Source: a virus
Lineage: Duplodnaviria > Caudoviricetes
DNA length: 64,000 nucleotides
Reading direction: 5' to 3' (one strand)
Virus record (IMG/VR): IMGVR_UViG_3300020050_012045
Coordinates: 32,001-96,000 of that record
The notes beneath the pieces were generated by a model. The model had not been told where the DNA came from, did no database searches, and saw only the letters and a program-made list of their open reading frames with translations. The translations under genes and the position numbers were made by a program. Shown in pieces: positions 10,023-20,260 of the stretch (positions are counted from its first letter, which is position 1; the number at the start of each line of letters is the position of its first letter).

Positions 10023-12584
10023 TTAGAAGTTGAGAGGGAAGCTGACCGGGACGTTTTTGTTCGTACCAGCAATACCAACTTCAATATTCAGGCGGTATTT
10101 GTTGCTCAAAATGCTGATATCTGCCCGTTTTAGGCCGGAAAACGTAGGGTCGGCGTTGATGAACTCTTCGGCTGACGCTACGATGTCCTTGGCATTAACG
10201 TCGGATGTTGAGGTACCCGGCTTAACACCTACACCAAACCCTGGGTGCTGTTTGAGGGAAGCGCGAGGGGTAGTAAACCCAATTTGGAGCGTCTGAACGA
10301 TGTTTCTGAGCCCGTAGGACAGAGGATTATCGCCTGTTTCAGTCACAACTAGGCCGAGTTTGTCGTCCAAAAGCCAATCAACCCCGGCTACCTTAAGCAG
10401 AGGATCGAAGACGTCTACCCCCGGAATCGCCTCAATATCTGAAGGATCGTCTGGTAAACCCTGGGATGGGATGTAGATGGTCTTTCTGGAATTGACGGTT
10501 CCAGGAAGGAAGGCGTCGACCTTGGCGTTTTCGGCAGTCGTGAAGCGGTCCAGGTCTTTATCGCCATCCAACGTAACCAGGAAATTGGTTGGCGAGATTT
10601 CAGCGATATCGATGACGTGTCGGGCTTCTTTGTTTTGGCTGTCGGACGATAAATACACAGTCTGTTTAAGAAACAGGTTGGTAACGTCATTGACAGCAAC
10701 GGTATTGGAGTCACCGTTCGATTGCATGAATAACGAAACCCCGACTTCGTCAACATATGGCGCCCTGAGCCCGTTCAGGGTAGCTATCTCGTGCCAACGA
10801 TTAGCGTCGCCTAGGTAAGTTAAGGCTAGCCCCTCAAGGGTAGCCCCGTAAGGGAATGGGACAGCGAACTTAGACGACGGCACAGTAAAGGCGATACCTG
10901 ACGCTTCGGCAAGTCCAGCAACATATTCAAGTGATGTTGGAACCTGTTCGATCTGATTGCCACGCTCTTGAAGGTAAACCGTGAACTTGTCTGTTGCCAG
11001 GATAATTTCATTCATTGCAGCTAGAGCATCGAACTCTTCTTGAGCCGGGGCTCGTTGAGTCGAGGTCGGGATTGGCAGGTCAAACAGCTCCTGATAGTCA
11101 GTCGCCCAGGCTCCAATTAACGCCGCAAACTGGTCTTGAGCTTCCTGGACCTGAGCCCGGTACAGTCGCAGGTCATCGGCGGTCATTTTACGACCAGTTG
11201 CAACCTCGGTATCCAGCTGTTGTCTTAGCGCTGGTGCCGCCGAAGCTTCTTCTGCCGTGATTGCCCCAAAAGCTTGGAAATCACGTGGATCTGGAGCAGA
11301 TGGGTCATTCGTTTCCGCTAACTTTAGCTGGTTGTGTAGGTTGCTGGCTAACTCGTTTGCGATCTTATTTATATTATAAGCTAGATCGCGTGTAGGATTG
11401 GCAAGACCGAAGGTCAGGCTAAAGTCAGCGTTGCTGAAGTCTGTCGCCAAATCGTCATAGAGTTTCTTGTAGTTTTGCGCGACTGTGTTGGCAGCTAGGT
11501 TTGTAGCCGATGACGCTGCCTTCATTTCGTTCAAAACCCCACGGGCGAACGAAGCGGGCATTTCCACTATGTCACGGGCAACACCAGCAATATCTTTTGC
11601 TGCCCCAGTAACCTGGCGGCTAACTTCGGATACAATGGCCAGTGGGCCGAGCAGTGCTGTATTGAGAAGCTTCTTGGACGCAATGATGACTTGGCGAGCA
11701 GCCTGGATGCGGTTCAAGACGTCGTTGACGATATTTGGGGATACATTGTCGTTGCGCTCAATTAGAGAAACCGACCCAGCGGCCGCATTTAACGCAATCC
11801 GGCGAAAAGCACGCAAATTCAACGAGTACATGTACTCCATCGGTGAATTTGCTGAACGCTTCATGTCAAAATTCTTGAGGGTACACAGGTAAATCGAGCT
11901 GTCTTTCCAGTTGCAGAAAGCCAACCGGATATCCTTGGGATTCAGGCCAGTCAAGGTGCCGTTGGTTGAGTTGCCAAAGTCATCCTTTTCCGGGATAGCT
12001 GCGGATTGCTTGATGGCAATGTAGCCTTCAAGGAAAGTTCTAAGCCCATGAAACAAAAGAAAGCCAGAGGTGAGGTCTTCGCTTCCGGTGCCGCTGGTTG
12101 GTAATTCGTTTTTGACCCGAACTGGACCACCGAATACCGTGGCAACTCCACCGGCAATTGAGCGGGCTTGGTCAACGAATGGGCGACCAAAAGATCCACC
12201 CGGAGCTGGGGTGCCGCCAACCGAACCCTTGCCGATATTGACGCCAGTCGTACCTGAGAAGCTGATTTCGCGGAATGGGGCACCGCCGAGCTTTTCAGTA
12301 TATCCGTTCAGTGTCGCTTCTACCCGGTCTGCCGATATTAGGGTGATCGACATTGACTCAGGCGGGATAGGTAGAGTGTACTTCCAAAGGGGAATCGGGG
12401 CATAGCTACCGTCATGCAGAACTCGAACTAAAAGGAGTTGGTAAGGGTAGTATTTGTCCCAGTTGTCGCTGCTATTGACGTTGTTTTTCCACGTCGATAC
12501 AAAGGCATCGGCGTGATACAGCGGAAGCTCGTACTCCGTTGGATCTGTCGAGATAATAGTTGGTGAGGATTCTGGTTCAGACAA
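10023..12584 (-). CDS. baseplate protein (tube-initiator-like N-terminus, LysM-like middle, gp25-like C-terminus)
   Basis: LPIPPESMSI...ISFSGTTG; TLEGLALTYLGDANRWHEIATLNGL (LysM/gpX-like); TPRASLKQHPGFG (gp25/W-like). Start moved to TTG 12584 behind AGGGAG SD and the late motif. Confidence 0.75.
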   Translation of the reverse strand: MSEPESSPTIISTDPTEYELPLYHADAFVSTWKNNVNSSDNWDKYYPYQLLLVRVLHDGSYAPIPLWKYTLPIPPESMSITLISADRVEATLNGYTEKLGGAPFREISFSGTTGVNIGKGSVGGTPAPGGSFGRPFVDQARSIAGGVATVFGGPVRVKNELPTSGTGSEDLTSGFLLFHGLRTFLEGYIAIKQSAAIPEKDDFGNSTNGTLTGLNPKDIRLAFCNWKDSSIYLCTLKNFDMKRSANSPMEYMYSLNLRAFRRIALNAAAGSVSLIERNDNVSPNIVNDVLNRIQAARQVIIASKKLLNTALLGPLAIVSEVSRQVTGAAKDIAGVARDIVEMPASFARGVLNEMKAASSATNLAANTVAQNYKKLYDDLATDFSNADFSLTFGLANPTRDLAYNINKIANELASNLHNQLKLAETNDPSAPDPRDFQAFGAITAEEASAAPALRQQLDTEVATGRKMTADDLRLYRAQVQEAQDQFAALIGAWATDYQELFDLPIPTSTQRAPAQEEFDALAAMNEIILATDKFTVYLQERGNQIEQVPTSLEYVAGLAEASGIAFTVPSSKFAVPFPYGATLEGLALTYLGDANRWHEIATLNGLRAPYVDEVGVSLFMQSNGDSNTVAVNDVTNLFLKQTVYLSSDSQNKEARHVIDIAEISPTNFLVTLDGDKDLDRFTTAENAKVDAFLPGTVNSRKTIYIPSQGLPDDPSDIEAIPGVDVFDPLLKVAGVDWLLDDKLGLVVTETGDNPLSYGLRNIVQTLQIGFTTPRASLKQHPGFGVGVKPGTSTSDVNAKDIVASAEEFINADPTFSGLKRADISILSNKYRLNIEVGIAGTNKNVPVSFPLNF

Positions 12585-12600
12585 GGTGAACTCCCTGCCC

Positions 12601-12608
12601 AAAGATTG
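12601..12608 (-). promoter_or_regulatory. putative late promoter CAATCTTT
   Basis: Exact octamer 16 nt upstream of TTG 12584. Confidence 0.75.
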
Positions 12609-12611
12609 TTT

Positions 12612-12698
12612 TCAACAGCAGATTAGGTAAATACCGAACAAAAACGGGAGAGTAAGAATGGTGATTACCTCGATTGCTAGCCGGATATGGGTGTTCAT
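12612..12698 (-). CDS. unannotated 28 aa membrane peptide MNTHIRLAIEVITILTLPFLFGIYLICC
   Basis: Single hydrophobic segment; promoter TTGAAA(12733-12728)-17-GACAAT(12710-12705)-6-ATG in the leaderless geometry used elsewhere in the window. Confidence 0.55.
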   Translation of the reverse strand: MNTHIRLAIEVITILTLPFLFGIYLICC

Positions 12699-12704
12699 AT
12701 GTCG

Positions 12705-12750
12705 ATTGTCTCATATTGTAGGTTGACTTTCAATTGGGATCTGATATTAT
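12705..12750. promoter_or_regulatory. overlapping divergent sigma70-type promoters
   Basis: Plus: TTGACT(12723-28)-16-TATTAT(12745-50)-7-ATG 12758; minus: TTGAAA-17-GACAAT-6-ATG 12698. Confidence 0.7.
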
Positions 12751-12757
12751 TGGGTTC

Positions 12758-12952
12758 ATGAGCAACTTAAACGAGATTGACGCTTCGGTTTTCTTGGAAC
12801 AGCTGGCTCGTGAGGTCTTGGCAAACATGGATGTTGTCGAGCCAGGCACCACCTTCACTCCGCAGGGTGACAAGGTGGTTTACGACAACTTGTCTGGTAT
12901 TTCTGTTGTGTACTGCCGTGAATACCCCAATGATCCTGTCGTCATTTTGTAG
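12758..12952 (+). CDS. hypothetical protein (leaderless)
   Basis: MSNLNEIDASVF...; start chosen from promoter geometry. Confidence 0.65.
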   Translation: MSNLNEIDASVFLEQLAREVLANMDVVEPGTTFTPQGDKVVYDNLSGISVVYCREYPNDPVVIL

Positions 12953-13898
12953 TGTTGGTTTTTGATAGGTACGTAGCCGACTGGCCAAAGAAGGTTGGGA
13001 AAGCTGACGGAATAAGTGAGTTCAAGGGGATGCCGATAGCGTCAAACCCCGGCTGCAAGTGAGCCGTGATGGGGATGGCAGCTGCCGACTGAGACAGGAC
13101 TGTCATGCCGGCAGCGATCGTGGTCAGCATTATCATGATTTGTTGCAATAGGGTGTCTTCAGCAAGACGGTAAGTATCCCCTAGAACCAAATGCTCCCCA
13201 CCACCTAAAATGACACCATTGGTAGCATTGATGTTCACCTTCTTGTCACCGTGGCTCAGCTCCACCACTTGGTCGCCATCACCAGATTGGAACTTGGCTG
13301 ACCCATCTTTGGTGACCGTGATCTTAAAGCCAGCAGTAGATGAGCCCTCTTTTGAAGTGCCGTCGTTCTCAGTTGGTCCACGGCGAGTAAGGCTAAGCTG
13401 ACCGTCACCATCGATTTCAATATTGATGCCGTTGTACTCGAACTCAAGGTAGGGGCCAGTTTGAGCAGACTCGGTTTTCTTTTCGGTATACAGAAGAGGG
13501 TGCTTGTAGGCGCCTATGATGACTCCCTTTTCGGAGTCCTTGCTTAGACATTGAACTAAAACACGACTATTGAGGCTGATAGCTCCATCTGTGCTTTGTT
13601 TTTCAAACCTAGGTTGCCACCGAAAAAAATCAGCTGGGGTTCCGAATGAGCACGCCATGATGCAGTTACGGAACCGAAGGGTAGTGTTAATGCTAGCCCC
13701 TTCTGTATTTGACGTAAGTACGTCATACTCGTAAAACTTTTTCGATACGTTGGATTCATCAGTTGGGGCATGGATCTTTACGATTTCCCCAATCAAAACG
13801 GCGTCTGAGTCAAAACGATCCAAAAAAGATGACTGGGTCCGAGGGCCAGAGACACCAAGGAACGAAGGGAGGACTGTTCCGTCTGATAGCGTAGGCAT
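12942..13898 (-). CDS. baseplate central spike (gpV/gp5-like)
   Basis: N-terminal OB-fold-like region (VLVQCLSKDSEKGVIIGAYKHP), beta-repeat middle (FEYNGINIEIDGDG), HLVLGD, LSK end; follows the hub gene. Confidence 0.7.
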   Translation of the reverse strand: MPTLSDGTVLPSFLGVSGPRTQSSFLDRFDSDAVLIGEIVKIHAPTDESNVSKKFYEYDVLTSNTEGASINTTLRFRNCIMACSFGTPADFFRWQPRFEKQSTDGAISLNSRVLVQCLSKDSEKGVIIGAYKHPLLYTEKKTESAQTGPYLEFEYNGINIEIDGDGQLSLTRRGPTENDGTSKEGSSTAGFKITVTKDGSAKFQSGDGDQVVELSHGDKKVNINATNGVILGGGEHLVLGDTYRLAEDTLLQQIMIMLTTIAAGMTVLSQSAAAIPITAHLQPGFDAIGIPLNSLIPSAFPTFFGQSATYLSKTNTTK

Positions 13899-13900
13899 AA

Positions 13901-15820
13901 TTAGACCTTGTTGATCTTAACGACTTGGCTCGTCAACTGTTCAAAGGTTTTAAGATCGGTGCGCGAGTTTCGGGCTTTAGACAGGCTTTCGTATTCTGGT
14001 GGGCCGAAGGTGATCTCAACTGAAGGGTCAGTTTGGAATTTACCGGGCGCATCACCGGACTGATCAAAGGTATCGAGGGGGACTCCGTGTGAAAGAGAAA
14101 GCGAGGTAGAGAACATCTTCTCGCCTCCAGGTATGATTCCGCCAGAATGAGAGACTGATTCAATGTGAAACATAAGGCCATTGATAATGGCATTATCGCC
14201 GTGAGAAATCGGAAGCTGAACACCCTCAAGGTCAACATTCCCCGACAGTCTCAGATGGGAGTCAAGCAGGATGTCGCCCATGATTGAGGTGTACACTCTG
14301 GAACGATTCTCTTTAGCGGTCACCGTTCGATCGAAGGCTTGAGCGGTGACTTTTTGAACGTATCTTCGTAATCCGTTACGTGCGATATCAGCAGGGATGG
14401 ATGCCGGTGGGGCAAAAATTCTCTGGGAAGATAGATTCTGTTGCTCGTTAGACGAAAACTTATCCCCAGACTCGATTTGTACCGAGTTAAAGCGAGCATT
14501 ATCGGAGCGACCAACATCAAAAGATGTCACGCGGGCCATGTCAATCTGCCATGCTGGGTAAGCAGAGAACGGCGTAAGCTTAACTCCTTTTGGGGCTAAA
14601 TTGTTTGTCAGGTCTTCAGAGGTTAAGGGGTTGGTCCTGATCACAATAGACGGCAAGAGTCTGCCGGTGCCTGGCTCGGGGCGAAGAGCTGTGTACATCT
14701 CATTGATTGGCTCGTTGATGTAGCCTCGCATAATGCTCCAGCAACTTTGCCCAGAAATGTCGAAAGTTGACGGATTAACCTTGTCGTTGAACTCTTCGGT
14801 GGTGAGATACGTATTTCCACGAATCCGATTAGCCAGCTTTGGGATAAGCGGACCCCATGGAGTGGGAGTTGTGAAGTCGGCACCGTCACTTCTGAAGGTG
14901 TTACCAGGAGAAGCGTATGTCTGACGTCCCGAATAGTACCTGTGGATGTCATCTACCGAACTAGCCTGAGGTAGATTAAGTATGTCGCCGAGGATTTGAG
15001 GGATCTTAAACTTTGTGACCAGGGTAGCCTTAAGCGGATCGTTAGTCTTACTATCGATTGTCTTCGGATCGGATCCAAGAATAATGCTACCGAGAGTGGG
15101 GACTAGTTTCGTAATGTTAACAAACCCTTGGTTGTCTCCCTTGCCAGAAAACAAAACATCAAGACCTACGCCAAAGTCTTCAAGGAACTGAGTGTACGTC
15201 TGGTAGCTAAACGCCAAAACCGGATCATAGAACAAAACAGAATTCATTTCAGTAAATGAAGCTGCACTTACAGCATAGCTAGCTTCAATTTCACCACCTG
15301 GTGAGCGCTGAACAGATTGACGAATAGATGTCAACCGACCGATAAATTTTAAGCCGGAGTCAAAATCGTTCAGACTGAATTCTTCCTCTGTGGTACCGAG
15401 GTCGGGATAATCTGAATCAATTAGCAGCTGATACTTTGAGCGAATAGCTCCAAGAGTTTTTTCGTACGAAGCTTTGTCCTCAAAGCACCAGAATAGGCAC
15501 CAGTCGCCGGGCATGATCTTCTGAAGCCAGTTATGTTGTCCGTATCTAAGGGTCATCGACAGTCCACCCATTGGGGAAGACTTGTTGGTTGTTACAGACC
15601 ACCGATTGATTTCGTCATCAAGAACGTAGATGCCGTCGATTTTGGTGGGATTCTTTTGGGACTCAGAGGTTCCACAATCGAGAAAAGTAGGGCCGCCCGT
15701 ATCGGCAAGTTTTGAACGAGCCAACGGATCCACGATCGCGTATGGAAGGATAACTGCCAACCAGTACGCTTGCTGAGTGTGGACATCTGAATGATGATTA
15801 TCAATCTGGATGACGTTCAT
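13901..15820 (-). CDS. baseplate hub protein (gp27-like)
   Basis: IMPGDWC, LKFIGRL, EPINEMY, DIARNGLR; located directly after the tape measure gene. Confidence 0.65.
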   Translation of the reverse strand: MNVIQIDNHHSDVHTQQAYWLAVILPYAIVDPLARSKLADTGGPTFLDCGTSESQKNPTKIDGIYVLDDEINRWSVTTNKSSPMGGLSMTLRYGQHNWLQKIMPGDWCLFWCFEDKASYEKTLGAIRSKYQLLIDSDYPDLGTTEEEFSLNDFDSGLKFIGRLTSIRQSVQRSPGGEIEASYAVSAASFTEMNSVLFYDPVLAFSYQTYTQFLEDFGVGLDVLFSGKGDNQGFVNITKLVPTLGSIILGSDPKTIDSKTNDPLKATLVTKFKIPQILGDILNLPQASSVDDIHRYYSGRQTYASPGNTFRSDGADFTTPTPWGPLIPKLANRIRGNTYLTTEEFNDKVNPSTFDISGQSCWSIMRGYINEPINEMYTALRPEPGTGRLLPSIVIRTNPLTSEDLTNNLAPKGVKLTPFSAYPAWQIDMARVTSFDVGRSDNARFNSVQIESGDKFSSNEQQNLSSQRIFAPPASIPADIARNGLRRYVQKVTAQAFDRTVTAKENRSRVYTSIMGDILLDSHLRLSGNVDLEGVQLPISHGDNAIINGLMFHIESVSHSGGIIPGGEKMFSTSLSLSHGVPLDTFDQSGDAPGKFQTDPSVEITFGPPEYESLSKARNSRTDLKTFEQLTSQVVKINKV

Positions 15821-18297
15821 TTATTGTCCGCGCGAGCAGGGCGATATGGTTGCCCCTGTGGGGCCGCTTGAACATCAGCCGGCATATTCTTTTTCATTTC
15901 GTTAATAGCCTTAACAGCTTCCTTGCCAGCCAATCTAGCGAGGGCATCTGTCGCCATATTAGAGGCTGAGGTCATTACAGCCAATTGAAGTCCAGCAGCT
16001 GCTGCGTTCTCATTAAGGATATTAAGCATTTTCTGATTTGCATCACCCGGAGCGCCAGCTTCTTCTGTTAGTCGTTTGTAGCTAGCCGCTCCAGCCGCAA
16101 AAACATCCCCAACGGTTTTTAGCGTAGTCGATAAGGTCTTCAGGTCTGTCATCATGTTCTGCACCTGCATATTGATAGCGCTGGTTGCAGTTCCTGATAC
16201 CTGATTCTTAAGACCTCCCTTACCTGCGTTAAAGGAATCAAGATCCGACAATCCACCGATTGAGCGCATCCCACCCTCAAAGTCCATTAGGTCGCCACCG
16301 CCGAGCCGAGACTTACCAAGAGCCGCCGCATCGCGTTGAGCGCCTTCGTTCCCCTTAAGGGCTGCAAAGAGATCGCCACCTGTGCCTTCAAGGAGTTTAG
16401 CGAGCCGTTTAGCTGGAGCCGAGTTGCCGGAAGAAAGAACAGAACCGAGTCGCTTAGATCGATCGGCTAGCGCTTTTTGTGCCTGACCTTGGCCAATGCC
16501 AAAAATAGACAGGGAGTTATTTGGATCTTGCTTGCCACTAGCCGCTGACGCAAGATCTGCAAATGAAGCATTAGCAAGGGTTTCGATCTCTTCAATTGAG
16601 GATCCGTCACCCATGATAGTTGACGCCGAACCAAGGTTGCGAGACGCCATGAATGGGTTTGATTGTTGGATTCTATCCATCAAACCAACACCGCGAATGT
16701 TTTCGTCGATTCTTCGGCCAGCACCAGGACCACGACCAACGTCAGAGGAATACAGTGCCCCCAGAGTATTCCCGGTCATGCCGTTTGCGCCAATAGTGTT
16801 GGCGGCGACCGCTTCGCCGATCTTTTGAAAGAAGGTGATGTCCGCTTCCTTCAGGCCATTCTTCATGCCGGAGGCGATTACTTTTTCAAGCAGTTGGGTT
16901 CCGGATCCACCCGTTTCGGCCATGCGGCCAAGAATTCCACCAGCCGCCTGGGAATCAAACCCCTTATTGGTTAACCCCATCACTTGAGGAGTTAGGTGTT
17001 GAGCTTCGCGATCTCCAAATTGACCACGTAACGCCCCGGACATTGCAACTGTTTGACCAGCGTCAAAACCCATCCCGCCGCCACGTGAAATCATTCTGAG
17101 AGCAGCAGAATCACCGCCCATTGTGCGAGATGCATGAGCACGAAGTCCGGCAGTGGCTTTGCCAACCTCCAATCCCTCAATAGCTGCTCTATTTTTTGCC
17201 GTTTGTGACATCAGGGATAGTGAGTGACTACCCTCTTCACCGGCCATAGCCATAGCTTCGCCAGATTGAATTTTTTGCTCAAGCATCTGTTGTTGTTGCT
17301 TGTTGTTGGCTAACCCGGAAAAGCCAGAGCTAGCTAGCCCCCCACCTAATCCGGCTGCAAATGGAGCCCCGATACCTGTTGCTGCTCCAGCTGCTCCAAT
17401 CGCCACTCCACCAACTATTTTGGCGGCATTCATTATGCCACCTGAGGTGTTCTGCATGACAGCGCCCTTGAGCTTGTCATCAATATTCGTTGTATCGTCA
17501 AGGGTTCTGTTGAGAACTCCTAATCCATTCCCTACGATATTTCGCTGGACAGAACCGTCTGGATTTAATCCTTGTTTGCCGTCACCAAAACCAACGGTAT
17601 TGCCCATGACAATACCTAGTTGGCCAGATTTAGCCATTGCTCGGGCGCTGTTGTACCCACTTTCGGATCGGTTGGAGTTTTCTAGTCCCCCAAACTTAGA
17701 GGCTGTAGCGTAATCACCGGCACCACTTACTAAGCCACCAAAGGTTCCCCATGCCGCACCAACAGCTCCAAGGCCGCCAGCCACATTCGCCCAATTTACG
17801 TTAGGTTTCCAGGTGGGTGCGCCTGGACCAACGAAACCGTTACCCATGCCAGAGCCGAGGTTCCCCCCGCCGCTACCATTAGCCGAGATAGCTCCTGGCG
17901 GCGCCCCGTAACCAATCATCCCGCCGCCACCACCATATCGGGCCAAACCCATCCCGCCGTTGGATCCGGCGCTGCCAGTCCATCCGCCAGATTGAGGAAT
18001 CCGAGCTAAGGTGCGTGAGTAGTTATTGAGGGTCGCCTGTCCGCCCTGGCTAAGTTCCTTATGGAATCCCTGAGCTTCCTTAGTTAGTCCGGCAAGTGCC
18101 CCACGGATACTGTCCAGATGTTTAGAAAACGAATCTGGGTGGTTCTGGTTGGATTGTTTGCCGATAGATACCGTAGCTAACGAGGCGGATAATTTACTGG
18201 CTTGCTGTGTCAGAGCCGCCATTTGAGCTTCTAGGTCTTTGAAGCCCTTATTGTCGGACTTCATGACGATATTTAGTGATAGTTCTTTTTCTGACAC
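15817..18297 (-). CDS. tail tape measure protein
   Basis: 826 aa, G/A/M/Q-rich, helical; downstream of two chaperone-sized genes; GAGGT SD. Confidence 0.8.
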   Translation of the reverse strand: MSEKELSLNIVMKSDNKGFKDLEAQMAALTQQASKLSASLATVSIGKQSNQNHPDSFSKHLDSIRGALAGLTKEAQGFHKELSQGGQATLNNYSRTLARIPQSGGWTGSAGSNGGMGLARYGGGGGMIGYGAPPGAISANGSGGGNLGSGMGNGFVGPGAPTWKPNVNWANVAGGLGAVGAAWGTFGGLVSGAGDYATASKFGGLENSNRSESGYNSARAMAKSGQLGIVMGNTVGFGDGKQGLNPDGSVQRNIVGNGLGVLNRTLDDTTNIDDKLKGAVMQNTSGGIMNAAKIVGGVAIGAAGAATGIGAPFAAGLGGGLASSGFSGLANNKQQQQMLEQKIQSGEAMAMAGEEGSHSLSLMSQTAKNRAAIEGLEVGKATAGLRAHASRTMGGDSAALRMISRGGGMGFDAGQTVAMSGALRGQFGDREAQHLTPQVMGLTNKGFDSQAAGGILGRMAETGGSGTQLLEKVIASGMKNGLKEADITFFQKIGEAVAANTIGANGMTGNTLGALYSSDVGRGPGAGRRIDENIRGVGLMDRIQQSNPFMASRNLGSASTIMGDGSSIEEIETLANASFADLASAASGKQDPNNSLSIFGIGQGQAQKALADRSKRLGSVLSSGNSAPAKRLAKLLEGTGGDLFAALKGNEGAQRDAAALGKSRLGGGDLMDFEGGMRSIGGLSDLDSFNAGKGGLKNQVSGTATSAINMQVQNMMTDLKTLSTTLKTVGDVFAAGAASYKRLTEEAGAPGDANQKMLNILNENAAAAGLQLAVMTSASNMATDALARLAGKEAVKAINEMKKNMPADVQAAPQGQPYRPARADNK

Positions 18298-18318
18298 AGG
18301 CTAACCTCGGGGTGGGGC

Positions 18319-18870
18319 TTAAAGATTGCTTTTGGGAATGCTCAGGCTATCCTCATCCAAACCCTCGCCAGATATGCTAAAGTCCTCAAACTCAGGGGGT
18401 GGGACCGCTTTTTCCACCAATGGGGCCGATTCCACCGCTTTTAAGGGGGAGGGCAGGGATTCTGGTACCCCCTCGAACGCTGTTTCTATCGCCTTGGAGA
18501 TTTCGGCCCCGTCTTTGGCATTGCTTACAATTTCTTTAAGCGACGCCTTAGGTTTGAGCTTTGCTGCAATGATCTCCATTTGAGTCGCGATTTCGGAGTC
18601 TTCGTCCTTGAGGCGTTTTGCTCTTTGTTCTGGGGTTTCCAGCAGATCACGGACGGTTTTGGCCCGTTCTTCGTGCTCCATTGACGAGTAATTCGATTCA
18701 AAATAATGGGTTAGGACGAAGTCGACAGGGAGGTCGTAAACAACGTGTAATGGGGTGTTAAACGACTCGGAATACCAGCGATGGACAGACCGTAAGAAAG
18801 CAGCCGAATCAGGCTGAATGACTGATTGCAGGGCCTTGATTTGGATGGTCTTGAGAAGATCGCTGGCCAT
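18319..18870 (-). CDS. putative tail assembly chaperone 2
   Basis: RWYSESFNTPL motif, acidic tail, position between chaperone 1 and the tape measure gene. Confidence 0.55.
   Translation of the reverse strand: MASDLLKTIQIKALQSVIQPDSAAFLRSVHRWYSESFNTPLHVVYDLPVDFVLTHYFESNYSSMEHEERAKTVRDLLETPEQRAKRLKDEDSEIATQMEIIAAKLKPKASLKEIVSNAKDGAEISKAIETAFEGVPESLPSPLKAVESAPLVEKAVPPPEFEDFSISGEGLDEDSLSIPKSNL
18321..18328 (-). promoter_or_regulatory. putative late promoter CAATCTTT
   Basis: Encoded in the last codons (AGC AAT CTT TAA) of the upstream gene, 23 nt before the tape measure GTG. Confidence 0.7.
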
Positions 18871-18875
18871 TCAAC

Positions 18876-19271
18876 TTACAAAGCTTCTTTGGTTGTTTCT
18901 GCCTTTAGAGCTTCTTTTTGTTCTGGGGTAAGCTCTTTTTCACTAACAGCGTCGTTCTGGACCTTTTGAATACCTTTCCACACTTCAACCAGAAGATTCT
19001 CATCCACGAGGTCCAGGCCATTGCCGTATTCACTCCACCATGACGGAGCCTTAGTAATACTGACGTGACAGTCAGCGAGTGCGGTTGCTCGGGACTTCTC
19101 TTCGGACGTCTCAGCATTTGGGCCGAGATATTCACGCTTCCAGCGGTCGCGTGCCAGCATCTGGCGATGGCTAAGGAAACGTACAGCCCGGAACGAGCCC
19201 TTGTACGTTTCCTTGGTTTTGTCGCCTACTACGTGGATGTCAAATGGGGAATCTTCGGTCAGTGCAGCCAT
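18876..19271 (-). CDS. tail assembly chaperone
   Basis: YKGSFR...ITKAPSWW...DLVDENLLVEVW typical of myophage chaperones; AGGA SD. Confidence 0.7.
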   Translation of the reverse strand: MAALTEDSPFDIHVVGDKTKETYKGSFRAVRFLSHRQMLARDRWKREYLGPNAETSEEKSRATALADCHVSITKAPSWWSEYGNGLDLVDENLLVEVWKGIQKVQNDAVSEKELTPEQKEALKAETTKEAL

Positions 19272-19400
19272 GATAATTTCCTTGATTGTTGAATTAGCTC
19301 TAAGCTACAATAGCGTAGAGTCAAAACTGCCATTTTAATGACAGATAATTGCGTAAATTGGTTGGAATTGTGCCATTAAGATGGCAAGAAAGAAGATTGC

Positions 19401-19607
19401 GTGCGAAATCCAGACAGAATCGGACCATTTGTCGCTAAGCTGGCTGAGCTGTGGGCGGATTCACCTGATTTGCGGTTTGGGCAAGTTGTATCCATGCTTG
19501 AGTGCTACCTACCTAAGGGGGTGGATGGATTCACCTGTGAAGACCCACAATGGGAGACCGCGATGCAGGTAGCGATTAACCAGATTCGATTCAGCAAGGT
19601 GGTTTGA
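19401..19607 (+). CDS. conserved small phage protein (DUF1040-like)
   Basis: MRNPDRI...LAELW...PDLRFGQ motif. Confidence 0.7.
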   Translation: MRNPDRIGPFVAKLAELWADSPDLRFGQVVSMLECYLPKGVDGFTCEDPQWETAMQVAINQIRFSKVV

Positions 19608-19610
19608 AAA

Positions 19611-20000
19611 GTGACTCATTCCATCCTTCTAACTCGATCTGAGCATCACTCGTTGCGTTTCCTGGTGGAGTATATCCAACGGCTGGCCATCGGGCGTTTC
19701 ATTGATACTGGAATGTTGGCCTTTGAGGACAAAATAGAGCTGATTATTAAGGCTTGCGAAGAGACAGGTCAGCTAAAGCAAGCCTTGAAGCAGAAATACG
19801 GTGCGTCATACCTATGCGACTTCGAGCCCCAACAGATATCTAACTTGGTTGAGATGATTGGAACTCTGACCCAAGAAGAAGTTGCAGAGTTTGTAACGCC
19901 TGAGCTAATTGAAGTGCTCGGAACCAGAGAATCCAGGCTTCAGTTCATTCAGAAACTGTCAATTGAGCCGCCAGAAGCCCCACCTGTCCGCCTGGATTAG
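19611..20000 (+). CDS. hypothetical protein
   Basis: 129 aa ORF. Confidence 0.6.
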   Translation: MTHSILLTRSEHHSLRFLVEYIQRLAIGRFIDTGMLAFEDKIELIIKACEETGQLKQALKQKYGASYLCDFEPQQISNLVEMIGTLTQEEVAEFVTPELIEVLGTRESRLQFIQKLSIEPPEAPPVRLD

Positions 20001-20194
20001 AACTCGAAGGTAATGACGCCACGATGCTCAACTGGCAAGTCTGGCTTGTCGGTTGGAATCTCTTCTAATGGCGGCTGTGGCAGTGGAAGCTGCAAGAACG
20101 GACGATCGTCTTTCTTGGGGCGAGTTCGCTCCAACCAGTCAATCATTGCGTCCAGGTCAGCCGCGTCACCCATAGATCCAAGATTGTTGGCCAT
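19997..20194 (-). CDS. hypothetical protein (leaderless)
   Basis: 65 aa; has its own sigma70-type promoter. Confidence 0.6.
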   Translation of the reverse strand: MANNLGSMGDAADLDAMIDWLERTRPKKDDRPFLQLPLPQPPLEEIPTDKPDLPVEHRGVITFEF

Positions 20195-20199
20195 GGCTA

Positions 20200-20229
20200 A
20201 TAATAGCTCTTTATAAAGACCAAAGTCAA
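20200..20229 (-). promoter_or_regulatory. sigma70-type promoter
   Basis: TTGACT-18-TATTAT-5-ATG(20194). Confidence 0.65.
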
Positions 20230-20260
20230 TACCCTGCCGAACTTATTTCAACAAACTTGT

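Noticed and set aside
4190-17713. Numerous 60-140 aa plus-strand ORFs antisense to baseplate, hub and tape measure genes
   Set aside because: Shadow ORFs of long coding genes; no promoters, SDs or recognisable motifs
18860-18900. Programmed -1 frameshift between the two tail chaperone genes
   Set aside because: No XXXYYYZ slippery heptamer seen near the end of the first gene; the second gene has its own ATG
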